Virus record (IMG/VR): IMGVR_UViG_3300015177_000008
Span: 47,519 to 111,518 of that record
From: a virus
Taxonomy: Duplodnaviria; Heunggongvirae; Uroviricota; Caudoviricetes
DNA length: 64,000 nucleotides
Strand: one strand, 5' to 3'
Part shown: positions 56,981 to 64,000 of the stretch, in pieces
How positions within the stretch are numbered: the stretch's first letter is position 1
Layout of the letters: each line of letters starts with the position of its first letter
Made by a program: the position numbers and the translations under genes
Notes under the pieces: model-generated
What the model saw: only the letters and a program-made list of their open reading frames with translations
What the model was told of the DNA's origin: nothing
The model's database searches: none

Positions 56981-56994
56981 AAACAAATTGTTTT
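56981..56994. promoter_or_regulatory. Class-1 palindrome (putative operator)
   Basis: aaacaaattgtttt about 20 nt upstream of the helicase start. Confidence 0.45.
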
Positions 56995-57004
56995 CTAGTG
57001 TTAG

Positions 57005-57745
57005 TTAATTAGATAGGGAATCAATAAACCGCCGTGCTTCTTCCAGTTCTTCTGGAAAGTGGGCGGAAATAAGGCGCTCTGGAACGATTTCCATTAGCCA
57101 GGTAGCGGAGAAAATTGCGCGTATGCGCTTGCTGCGGGGGATGGCGCGTAAACGCTCCAGAATCCACTCAAAATAGCTTTCCTGAATCGGGTTGAACTGC
57201 ATGTCTCCCATATGCTTAAAGCTAACCAGAGAGTCATCCAGACGGGTTGTTGCGCGTCTGGCTAATTTCTCTTCAAATATCTCAATCAGTTCTGGCTGCC
57301 ACAAATGCTGTGGGCGAGGCAGCTTGTCCCACAAACGTCGTGCAGCTGCGGAAAGCACGGTGGAGATAAAGTAGTCGTATGAGCAGCAATAGCGATCCGC
57401 AAACTGGCGTGCTTTCCATAGCGACGTTTTATTGGCAGTCGACAACTCCTGATAAGGCAGGCGTTTTAACCCGGTGGTGAACGGAGCTGTTTCAAAGTGT
57501 TCGCGACCGTGCGTCAGCATGATATTTGAGTACTGACGTTTGTATGCCTCCGTAAAAAGGCAGGTGGCCATGAGAGGATGCATGTCGCGGTAATCAAACC
57601 ACTTCGTCTCGAAGAGTTCAGCCTCGTCTTTACAGCGCGACAAACCAATGTTTTCAGCGACCCACTTGTCCATAACAGCGGTATTCCACTCTGTCATGAA
57701 GTCGTACTGGTCGTTGTCGATGGTATCGAAAAAGATTTGGCTCAT
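57005..57745 (-). CDS. Hypothetical protein
   Basis: ATG at 57745; track ORF starts at an upstream GTG. Confidence 0.45.
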   Translation of the reverse strand: MSQIFFDTIDNDQYDFMTEWNTAVMDKWVAENIGLSRCKDEAELFETKWFDYRDMHPLMATCLFTEAYKRQYSNIMLTHGREHFETAPFTTGLKRLPYQELSTANKTSLWKARQFADRYCCSYDYFISTVLSAAARRLWDKLPRPQHLWQPELIEIFEEKLARRATTRLDDSLVSFKHMGDMQFNPIQESYFEWILERLRAIPRSKRIRAIFSATWLMEIVPERLISAHFPEELEEARRFIDSLSN

Positions 57746-57756
57746 GTGGCTCACCT

Positions 57757-57778
57757 GGTAGGTAGTTACTTACTTATC
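57757..57778. promoter_or_regulatory. Class-2 AT-rich palindrome
   Basis: ggtaggtagttacttacttatc. Confidence 0.3.
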
Positions 57779-57861
57779 ACAATGAGCGGATGATAGCGAC
57801 TGGTGGCAGTTTTTGGAAGTGGAAACGGAAGGGAGTTGTTCTGGTGGTGTCTTTTAAAAGA

Positions 57862-57916
57862 CCTGCTTCCGTATATATTTAATAAGTTACTTATTATTTA
57901 TATATACAGAAGCAGG
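57862..57916. repeat. 55-bp element with 16-bp terminal inverted repeats (copy 2 of 2)
   Basis: cctgcttccgtatata ... tatatacagaagcagg; core contains ataagttacttat. Confidence 0.5.
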
Positions 57917-58027
57917 CATAACTTGTCGTCTTAGACGCCCAGAAGCTCTACACTTTGAGCCTGTTAAATTGATTAAAAACTTATGTGTAAAATAGAACGC
58001 ATTAGTCAGTAGCTAAGAGATGCAATA

Positions 58028-58795
58028 ATGGACGATTTATCGGTATACGCGAGATCATTGGATAAGGCTAAATACTATGTTTATTGTCTCTATGATACAG
58101 AAGACAAGATGAAAAGACCGTTTTACATAGGAAAAGGCAAATCGACTCGTTGTCTCGATCACATCAAGTATCCCGATGACTCTCCCAAATCCATGCGGAT
58201 CAAAGAACTTTTGGCTAATAAAAAATTAGGCATAGATATTCTTCGTCATGGTATGGATGAAACCACAGCCAAACTTGTTGAGGCGACATGCATCGACCTT
58301 ATGGGGGTCGGAGAGCTTACGAATAAGGTACGAGGAAGTGGTTCCATGATGGGCAGAATATCACTGGACGCCTACCATCACTTAGTGCTGCAAGAGGAAA
58401 CTGAAATTGCTCCTGAGCACGCCGGTCTTGCCTTCCTGCTAAACAGCACCTACAAGTCAGGAATGTCCGCTCTGGCATTATATGAAGCTACGCGTGGCGT
58501 ATGGGCAAAGGTTCCAAGAGACGAGAATCTCAAATATGCCTACGCTACATATGGTGGGCTGATAATGGAAGTTTATCAGATTGAATGCTGGGTCAAAGCC
58601 GGTTCTCAGCAGTACTTTACAAGGGATATAGCTCTTGGCCCCGACACAAAACGTTATGAATTTGTTGGCAGAATAGCCGATGAGCATATTAGAAAACTGT
58701 ATGTAGGCAAATTAATCAAGAAGCCACCAAGCTACGGTAGCCCTTTTGTGAAGGTTGGGGTGGTTAGGACTGAACATAGTGTTAGTGCGGCATAA
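58028..58795 (+). CDS. GIY-YIG endonuclease (free-standing, homing-endonuclease-like)
   Basis: GIY-YIG-like N-terminus YYVYCLYD...PFYIGKGKSTRCLDH; isolated plus-strand gene with its own terminator. Confidence 0.55.
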   Translation: MDDLSVYARSLDKAKYYVYCLYDTEDKMKRPFYIGKGKSTRCLDHIKYPDDSPKSMRIKELLANKKLGIDILRHGMDETTAKLVEATCIDLMGVGELTNKVRGSGSMMGRISLDAYHHLVLQEETEIAPEHAGLAFLLNSTYKSGMSALALYEATRGVWAKVPRDENLKYAYATYGGLIMEVYQIECWVKAGSQQYFTRDIALGPDTKRYEFVGRIADEHIRKLYVGKLIKKPPSYGSPFVKVGVVRTEHSVSAA

Positions 58796-58811
58796 AGCTG
58801 ACACTGTAGTT

Positions 58812-58849
58812 ATGCATTGGCGCAATATACGCGCCAATGCATGATTTTT
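58812..58849. terminator. Bidirectional rho-independent terminator
   Basis: atgcattggcgc aatata gcgccaatgcat then gaTTTTTaa, between convergent genes. Confidence 0.6.
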
Positions 58850-59207
58850 AACCTTTCTTCATCAACTCTCGTTTGATTTCATCGGTACGCATCGTGACAT
58901 CGGCAGCGGTGATCGCCTCATTCAATTTCACGATGTCCTCGATTTCCTGCGGTGACTTCTCTGCCAGATGGAAAATGGCTGCTCGAATCACGTCAGAACG
59001 AGTGAACTTCTCGAAGCGAGGGATGAACTTCATCATCTCCAGCAGTTCGAAGTATTCGTCCTCCAGTGACATTGTGCGGCTTTTAATTTTCTCTTTGCCA
59101 CGAGTCGGGCGTCCCTGTGGTCTGACTGGTTGGCGCAAAGGAGTTGTGTTCTTAGCCGGTGCATCAGGCTCTTTGCGCTTTGCTAGGTCACCCATTTTCA
59201 TGGACAT
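58848..59207 (-). CDS. Small partition protein, ParG-like (putative)
   Basis: 119 aa basic protein immediately downstream of parA; RHH assignment not checked against sequence. Confidence 0.45.
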   Translation of the reverse strand: MSMKMGDLAKRKEPDAPAKNTTPLRQPVRPQGRPTRGKEKIKSRTMSLEDEYFELLEMMKFIPRFEKFTRSDVIRAAIFHLAEKSPQEIEDIVKLNEAITAADVTMRTDEIKRELMKKG

Positions 59208-59875
59208 TATTCTTCTTCCTCCAGACTCAACAGATAATCTACAAATTCTTCAAACTCGGCTTCCGCCTTTTTGTCGCGCTCGCTACCGGTCATTTCAAAG
59301 ATAGAACGACCAGACTCTTCCGCATCATCATAGACGTTGCGGTTATATAGATTGACTGGCGCAGACTCGATTCCAAACGTCTCAACAATCTCTTTAGCCG
59401 CCAGAATGCGAGACACTTGTGATGGCAAAGCCGGGCACTGGTTCATGACCGCGCGGACCTTCACTTTATCGTTTACATTGCGAACATTGTCGATAATAGG
59501 ATCGATGTCACGTAAAGATTTCAAATCACGACGCTTAGGACGCAGCGGGATAATGATAACGTCAGCCATCAGCATCGCTTGTCGCTGAATTTCGGAGTCG
59601 AAGCCACCAGCATCTACCACTACAAACTCAGCTCTACCCTGAAGCGATTTTAGGTGCTTAATGATGTCATCCTGAACGTATGCAAAAGGAATCAGCTCAA
59701 GGTCTTCGTTCTGTCGACGGTCTTCACACCAGCTCGTTGTCGTGCGCTGAATATCTATATCGGTAATATAAACCTTCTTCTTCTTATTGACTTTCAGGCA
59801 AACGGCAATTTGCTGGGCAACGGTGGATTTGCCAGGCCCGCCCTTTGTGCCGCCAACCACAAAGATCTTGGTCAT
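59207..59875 (-). CDS. parA: ParA-family partition ATPase (small, type Ib-like)
   Basis: Deviant Walker A GGTKGGPGKST; class-1 palindrome in its upstream region. Confidence 0.8.
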   Translation of the reverse strand: MTKIFVVGGTKGGPGKSTVAQQIAVCLKVNKKKKVYITDIDIQRTTTSWCEDRRQNEDLELIPFAYVQDDIIKHLKSLQGRAEFVVVDAGGFDSEIQRQAMLMADVIIIPLRPKRRDLKSLRDIDPIIDNVRNVNDKVKVRAVMNQCPALPSQVSRILAAKEIVETFGIESAPVNLYNRNVYDDAEESGRSIFEMTGSERDKKAEAEFEEFVDYLLSLEEEE

Positions 59876-59910
59876 TGGAGAGTTCCCTTTGCGTATATAA
59901 TTATCGTCTG

Positions 59911-59924
59911 AAACAACTTGTTTT
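59911..59924. promoter_or_regulatory. Class-1 palindrome (putative operator) upstream of parA
   Basis: aaacaacttgtttt preceded by TATAAG. Confidence 0.45.
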
Positions 59925-60021
59925 CTTATATGTGATATAGCCTAAATGCCTACGGCTACGGTGTAAAGGTTAAATGGTAGGTTGTGGTTAACAATTGGCA
60001 ATCATTGCTTGTATTTGCCTG

Positions 60022-60073
60022 TTGAAAAAAGTAACAATGACCTCTATATTACAAGTACGGTGATATGCCGTAC
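60022..60073 (+). promoter_or_regulatory. Sigma70-like promoter plus palindromic operator of the toxin-antitoxin operon
   Basis: TTGAAA - 17 nt - TATATT followed by palindrome gtacgg tgatat gccgtac. Confidence 0.5.
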
Positions 60074-60193
60074 ACAATTTGATAATGCACACGTAATGGG
60101 CTATAGCCTTTTAAAGTAATTTTTGAGTCGAAAACTCAGTTTGAACAGAGGAGATTGATGGCCTTCCTACATCACGGCCATCAGGAGGAATAC

Positions 60194-60463
60194 ATGTCAG
60201 CACTAAAAAAGCAGCGCATCGATTTGAGATTAACCGATGACGATAAAAGCATCATCGAGGAAGCTGCCGCAATGTCTAACCAGAGCATTACTCAGTTTAT
60301 GGTTAGCAGTGCATCTGAACGTGCCGTGAAAGTTATAGAGCAACACCGTAGACTAGTTCTGAATGAAGAATCCTGGAATCTGGTTATGGACGCTATAAGC
60401 AATCCTCCGGCACCGAACGATAAGCTGAAACGAGCTGCTAATCGTCTGAAAAGCATGGAGTAG
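60194..60463 (+). CDS. DUF1778-type antitoxin (TacA-like)
   Basis: ATG at 60194 after AGGAGG; 89 aa MSALKKQRIDLRLTDDDKSIIEEAA...; directly upstream of a GNAT gene. Track ORF starts upstream. Confidence 0.65.
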   Translation: MSALKKQRIDLRLTDDDKSIIEEAAAMSNQSITQFMVSSASERAVKVIEQHRRLVLNEESWNLVMDAISNPPAPNDKLKRAANRLKSME

Positions 60464-60470
60464 TTTACTC

Positions 60471-60992
60471 GTGAGCAATACGACGATAGAGATTTTCTCT
60501 GGAGAGAAAGATTATGATCTAAACGGTTTTGATTGCGGCGAAGAGTCACTAAACGCCTTTTTAGCCAACCACTTAAAAAGGCAGCATGAGGGAAAAATTC
60601 TTCGTGCTTATGTGCTTTGCACTCAAGAAGAAAGGCCAAAAGTGTTAGGGTATTACACTTTGTCAGGTAGTTGTTTTGAAAAGGAGTCCTTACCTTCACG
60701 AAGCAAACAAAAGAAGGTTCCTTATCGGAATGTTCCAAGTGTTACTTTGGGTAGGCTGGCTTTGGACAAGTCCCTTCAAGGTCAAGGATTTGGCTCAATG
60801 CTTGTAACACATGCAATGCGCGTTGTGTACAATGCATCTCTTGCTGTAGGCATTCATGGACTTTTCGTTGAGGCGTTAAATGACAAAGCCAAGGCGTTTT
60901 ATAAAAGTTTAGGCTTTATCCAGCTGGTTGGTAACAACGAGCGTTCTTTGTTCTATCCTACAAAATCTATCGAAAAATTGTTCGAAGAATAA
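60471..60992 (+). CDS. GNAT-family acetyltransferase toxin (TacT-like)
   Basis: 173 aa with GNAT core (QGQGFGSMLVTHAM...); GTG start 8 nt after the antitoxin stop; hairpin gttcccctca tt tgaggggaac follows. Confidence 0.7.
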   Translation: MSNTTIEIFSGEKDYDLNGFDCGEESLNAFLANHLKRQHEGKILRAYVLCTQEERPKVLGYYTLSGSCFEKESLPSRSKQKKVPYRNVPSVTLGRLALDKSLQGQGFGSMLVTHAMRVVYNASLAVGIHGLFVEALNDKAKAFYKSLGFIQLVGNNERSLFYPTKSIEKLFEE

Positions 60993-61160
60993 TGTGTTCC
61001 CCTCATTTGAGGGGAACTTCGACATCACCAACCACAAACCCTCTCTCCCATCGTATTGTGAAAAAGGATTTGGCGTTCGGTTTCTTCAGTCATTACATCA
61101 TTATTGCTGATATAGATAGGCTCAGCTCCATCGCAGAACAATACGCTGGCGGTTTGTGGT

Positions 61161-61412
61161 TTAATGACGCACCCACTTATCATACAACTCACGATGAACG
61201 GCAGAAGCATCTTTCTGACGTATTTTATTGCTCGTCTCATTCACCACTTCCACTGTGCTTTGAAGTCGTTTTCTGTCTTCCTGTTTTGCCTTCTCTTCCA
61301 TTGCTCGTCGCGCCGCATTTCCGCCCATCGTGTAAGCGCCGACCAGAACGAAAAGAACGGCAGCCAGCGTAATCAAAGCAACTTTTAGCTTTGTCATCAG
61401 GCTGCCTAGCAT
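61161..61412 (-). CDS. Membrane protein with N-terminal TM helix and charged coiled region
   Basis: 83 aa; architecture like an i-spanin or Rz-type protein but short. Confidence 0.35.
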   Translation of the reverse strand: MLGSLMTKLKVALITLAAVLFVLVGAYTMGGNAARRAMEEKAKQEDRKRLQSTVEVVNETSNKIRQKDASAVHRELYDKWVRH

Positions 61413-61413
61413 A

Positions 61414-62106
61414 TTAGACCATCCCTTTCTGGTGTTTTCTTACCTGCGACCAGGCAATGAATCCTGCCACAACAATAGTGGCAATACCGAAGATGATGCG
61501 TACTGTATCCCCGCTAGAGATATGACCTTGTGCCTTATCCATAGCAGCGGAAACCTGCGGCATAACATCGGCAAGCTGCGCCAGACCAATACCTGCTGTA
61601 ACAGTTGCGCCAGCGGTTTCTTTAGTTACAGGAACAGCCTTCACGGTTTTCACCGGCTTAACGACGCCAGCTCGACGCAGACCTTCCTCAATAACTTCTG
61701 CCGTATACCAGGTGTTCAGCGTTTTTAGCGGGCCTCGGCCATTCTCGTGGCGAATGATTGCCTCAACCAAAGGTCGAAGGATGTCGTAATCATGCAGATC
61801 GATGATCATGTCTGCGGTTACACCAACGGCTTTAGACACCTCATTAATGTAGGCGTCAGTATTGTTTTCATTCGGCGGTGCCCAGCGTTCAATAACTTCA
61901 CGAATGGTATCGATACTTGAGCCGTCTTTTGCGCGACGTTTATCGTGGTAGGTAATTAGAGTCACCGCCAGCGCACGAATCCCCCAAACAGGGTCTTTAA
62001 ACGTGCAAAAGCGCGGTTCGTCTGGATTCGCAACCAGACCTTGCCACGGTGATCCTTTATCCAGATTACCGGGGTTATTATTACGAATGCCTCTCGGAGT
62101 CTTCAT
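61414..62106 (-). CDS. Hypothetical protein with C-terminal TM helix
   Basis: ATG at 62106 after AGGAGAT; N-terminal motif GIRNNNPGNL; C-terminal hydrophobic anchor. Confidence 0.4.
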   Translation of the reverse strand: MKTPRGIRNNNPGNLDKGSPWQGLVANPDEPRFCTFKDPVWGIRALAVTLITYHDKRRAKDGSSIDTIREVIERWAPPNENNTDAYINEVSKAVGVTADMIIDLHDYDILRPLVEAIIRHENGRGPLKTLNTWYTAEVIEEGLRRAGVVKPVKTVKAVPVTKETAGATVTAGIGLAQLADVMPQVSAAMDKAQGHISSGDTVRIIFGIATIVVAGFIAWSQVRKHQKGMV

Positions 62107-62119
62107 CCTTGATCTCCTG

Positions 62120-62455
62120 TTATTGCAGTCCACTTTTTACGCCATACGCGGCTAACCCCAAAAGCAGTGCGGTAATAATGAACGACGTTATTTTAGAAAC
62201 AATGCCGCCAAAGAACCCACTTGAGATGGAGTCCAACCGGTTAAGGAGTTTGTCCAGATTGGAGTGTTGAATACTATGTTGCGCCGGGGTCATATCACCA
62301 AAGTAGGTTTTCAGCTGATCGTTGACCTCCTGGCCAATTTCTTCACGTAGCTCTTTACCTAATTTGCCGACAACCTCCCGAGCAACGATCGCGGCAATGC
62401 GCTCAACTTGCTCTGTTGTTACGCCCGCCATCTCGTTCGACATATTTTCCTCCAT
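62120..62455 (-). CDS. Hypothetical protein with C-terminal TM helix
   Basis: 111 aa ORF. Confidence 0.35.
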   Translation of the reverse strand: MEENMSNEMAGVTTEQVERIAAIVAREVVGKLGKELREEIGQEVNDQLKTYFGDMTPAQHSIQHSNLDKLLNRLDSISSGFFGGIVSKITSFIITALLLGLAAYGVKSGLQ

Positions 62456-62505
62456 GAAAAGTCAAATCGGGATGGCGGATTTATATCACATTTTATCTTT
62501 TTTGT

Positions 62506-62526
62506 ATAGGTATGCACTTACCTATC
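62506..62526. promoter_or_regulatory. Class-2 AT-rich palindrome
   Basis: ataggtatgcacttacctatc. Confidence 0.35.
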
Positions 62527-62624
62527 TGTAAATAAACTTAAACACCAACAATAAATTACCTCAGAACATCTCTCTTTATATTTATTGCCTTCTTTGCGTA
62601 AGCTATATCTCAGTTAATCTTATA

Positions 62625-62909
62625 TTAAATAAAAATATATAATAATGTGCACGCTAAAAGTGGAATCGCAAAATCCATCAGGCTTGCCACATCCCAAGCG
62701 CGCGGATCAAAACCGCCCCACCACGGCATATTCATTCGCTTGCCATGCCCAAACATTTCAATCCAGCGATATTCTGCCTGGGTGTGTTCACGCGCAATGA
62801 AGAACGTACAACCAGCTATCGCCCCGTAAGCCCAGTTTCCGGTAAAAAGACCAACCAGTACCTGCGCAGCCACAGCACAAAGTGCATGAAGGAAAGGTGT
62901 TATATCCAT
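62625..62909 (-). CDS. Hypothetical membrane protein
   Basis: 94 aa with two hydrophobic segments. Confidence 0.35.
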   Translation of the reverse strand: MDITPFLHALCAVAAQVLVGLFTGNWAYGAIAGCTFFIAREHTQAEYRWIEMFGHGKRMNMPWWGGFDPRAWDVASLMDFAIPLLACTLLYIFI

Positions 62910-62919
62910 TACGCCTCCT

Positions 62920-63624
62920 TTATCCGATATCGCTTCGGGAAACGGATAACAACTTTAATTCTGACTCAAGTTCATCAACTCTTTCAGTCAGCTTCTGGAT
63001 ATGGTGAATCAGTGGAACAACCAGACGTTCGTACATTACACCTTCGGCAACAAGGCCATTGCTGGAAATGGTTTCCGGTGCATCATCTTCGTTGGCTGGT
63101 CGCCAGTGAACAAACTGAGGGGCAATTTCTCCAACTTCCTCGGCAATCAATCCATAGAATCCCCAGTCACGCCTGTCATTTTCGCATTGCGACCTGTACC
63201 ACACAGGGCGCATCCTGAAAATGAGATCGGCGTGCTCTGAATCTATCGTCTCTACTGAATGTTTATAGCGGATAGACGATGTTGACCGCAGCACAGACGA
63301 AATTGCAGGGTCAGGATTAAGATAAAGATTTGCCGCCGCTGTAGTTGTGCCCAATCCCCATAAATAAAACGCTTCACGACCTGTCAGTGGATAAAAATCT
63401 CCGCCATAACGACCGCTTTCCAGATCGTTCACTTCCACTTTGTTTTTCAGCTTATTATCCACTTCTGTTTTTGTGTATCTGGTACTGATATCCTGCTTTG
63501 CACTGTCCATATCAGTCTGAAGCGTTGATACTTTTCCGCTAATTGATGAAATATCTTCCTTAGCTTTACTGACATCCCCCTTTAGCTTGGTGATATCTCC
63601 TGGAATTACTGTCGATGTAGCCAT
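62920..63624 (-). CDS. Tail-fibre-like protein with C-terminal intramolecular-chaperone (peptidase S74-like) domain
   Basis: N-terminal coiled-coil repeats (DISSISGKVSTLQTDMDSAKQDIS) and C-terminal WGFYGLIAEEVGEIAPQFV block; short for a complete fibre. Confidence 0.45.
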   Translation of the reverse strand: MATSTVIPGDITKLKGDVSKAKEDISSISGKVSTLQTDMDSAKQDISTRYTKTEVDNKLKNKVEVNDLESGRYGGDFYPLTGREAFYLWGLGTTTAAANLYLNPDPAISSVLRSTSSIRYKHSVETIDSEHADLIFRMRPVWYRSQCENDRRDWGFYGLIAEEVGEIAPQFVHWRPANEDDAPETISSNGLVAEGVMYERLVVPLIHHIQKLTERVDELESELKLLSVSRSDIG

Positions 63625-63633
63625 TTCTCTACC

Positions 63634-63915
63634 TCACATCCAGCCACGAAGTTGATGCTCAACAACAACCGCGTATTTATCGAATATTGACGATTTTTTT
63701 GCATCATTAATGATGCGCACGTTTACAAAATATCCGTCTTCCTTAACACATACCGGCTCGCCATCTTCAGTAAGTTCTCCGGTTTCTTTGTACACGTTAC
63801 CTATCACATCAATGAGAACATTGTTCTGCATCGACTCGTCATCATAATAGCTAATACTCTCCATAAAGGCCGAAAAGTCGGCCCTGTCGGCAAATTTGAG
63901 TGTTAAATCTTTCAT
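63634..63915 (-). CDS. Hypothetical protein
   Basis: 93 aa ORF. Confidence 0.4.
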   Translation of the reverse strand: MKDLTLKFADRADFSAFMESISYYDDESMQNNVLIDVIGNVYKETGELTEDGEPVCVKEDGYFVNVRIINDAKKSSIFDKYAVVVEHQLRGWM

Positions 63916-64000
63916 TAGATTGACTCCCCCACCTGAGCATCAGTCAATGCCTTGTGCCATATTCTGAAATTCCTGACATGACCAAATAAATGACGTAACC

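Noticed and set aside
6163-57745. Calling the element a T5 phage genome
   Set aside because: Gene content is T5/T4-like for DNA metabolism, but the iteron replicon, partition and TA modules and the recombinase indicate a plasmid-borne element; no identity search was possible, so no named phage is asserted.

Overview
The window reads as a mosaic phage-plasmid-like element, preceded by about 6 kb of virulence-island-like cargo. Everything below comes from reading the sequence and the supplied ORF track; no database search was run, so family names rest on motifs I recognise and coordinates of small features may be off by 1-2 nt. Positions 1-6100: a 5'-partial intimin/invasin-family gene, a MarR-type and a PerC-like regulator, a frameshifted NPPY methyltransferase and two AT-rich unknown genes. 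From about 6.1 kb onward a long, almost uninterrupted minus-strand gene array encodes nucleotide metabolism and DNA replication/recombination functions of the T4/T5 type: RNase H, DnaQ-like exonuclease, DHFR, thymidylate synthase, NrdB/NrdA, RuvC-like resolvase, SbcC/SbcD, a RecA carrying a LAGLIDADG intein in its P-loop, flap endonuclease, SSB-like protein, DnaE, CobS/CobT-like pair, DNA ligase, DnaG-like primase and DnaB-like helicase. Plus-strand insertions carry plasmid-type maintenance modules: an iteron-flanked RepA with a GATC-rich DnaA-box-like region, ParA plus a small RHH partner, a DUF1778/GNAT toxin-antitoxin pair, and a possible HicAB-like pair. Other inserts are a tyrosine recombinase, an HTH regulator, a glutaredoxin, a CspA-like gene, HNH and GIY-YIG endonucleases, an AT-rich membrane protein gene and three tRNAs (Ser, Thr, Asn) interleaved with long hairpins. 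The most interesting unexplained signals are two families of dispersed palindromes in promoter/5' regions that look like operators of global regulons, a near-invariant translation-initiation context, a roughly 500-bp highly structured non-coding region, and the hairpin family in the tRNA cluster. I cannot name a single defined novel system with confidence; the candidates are listed as findings.
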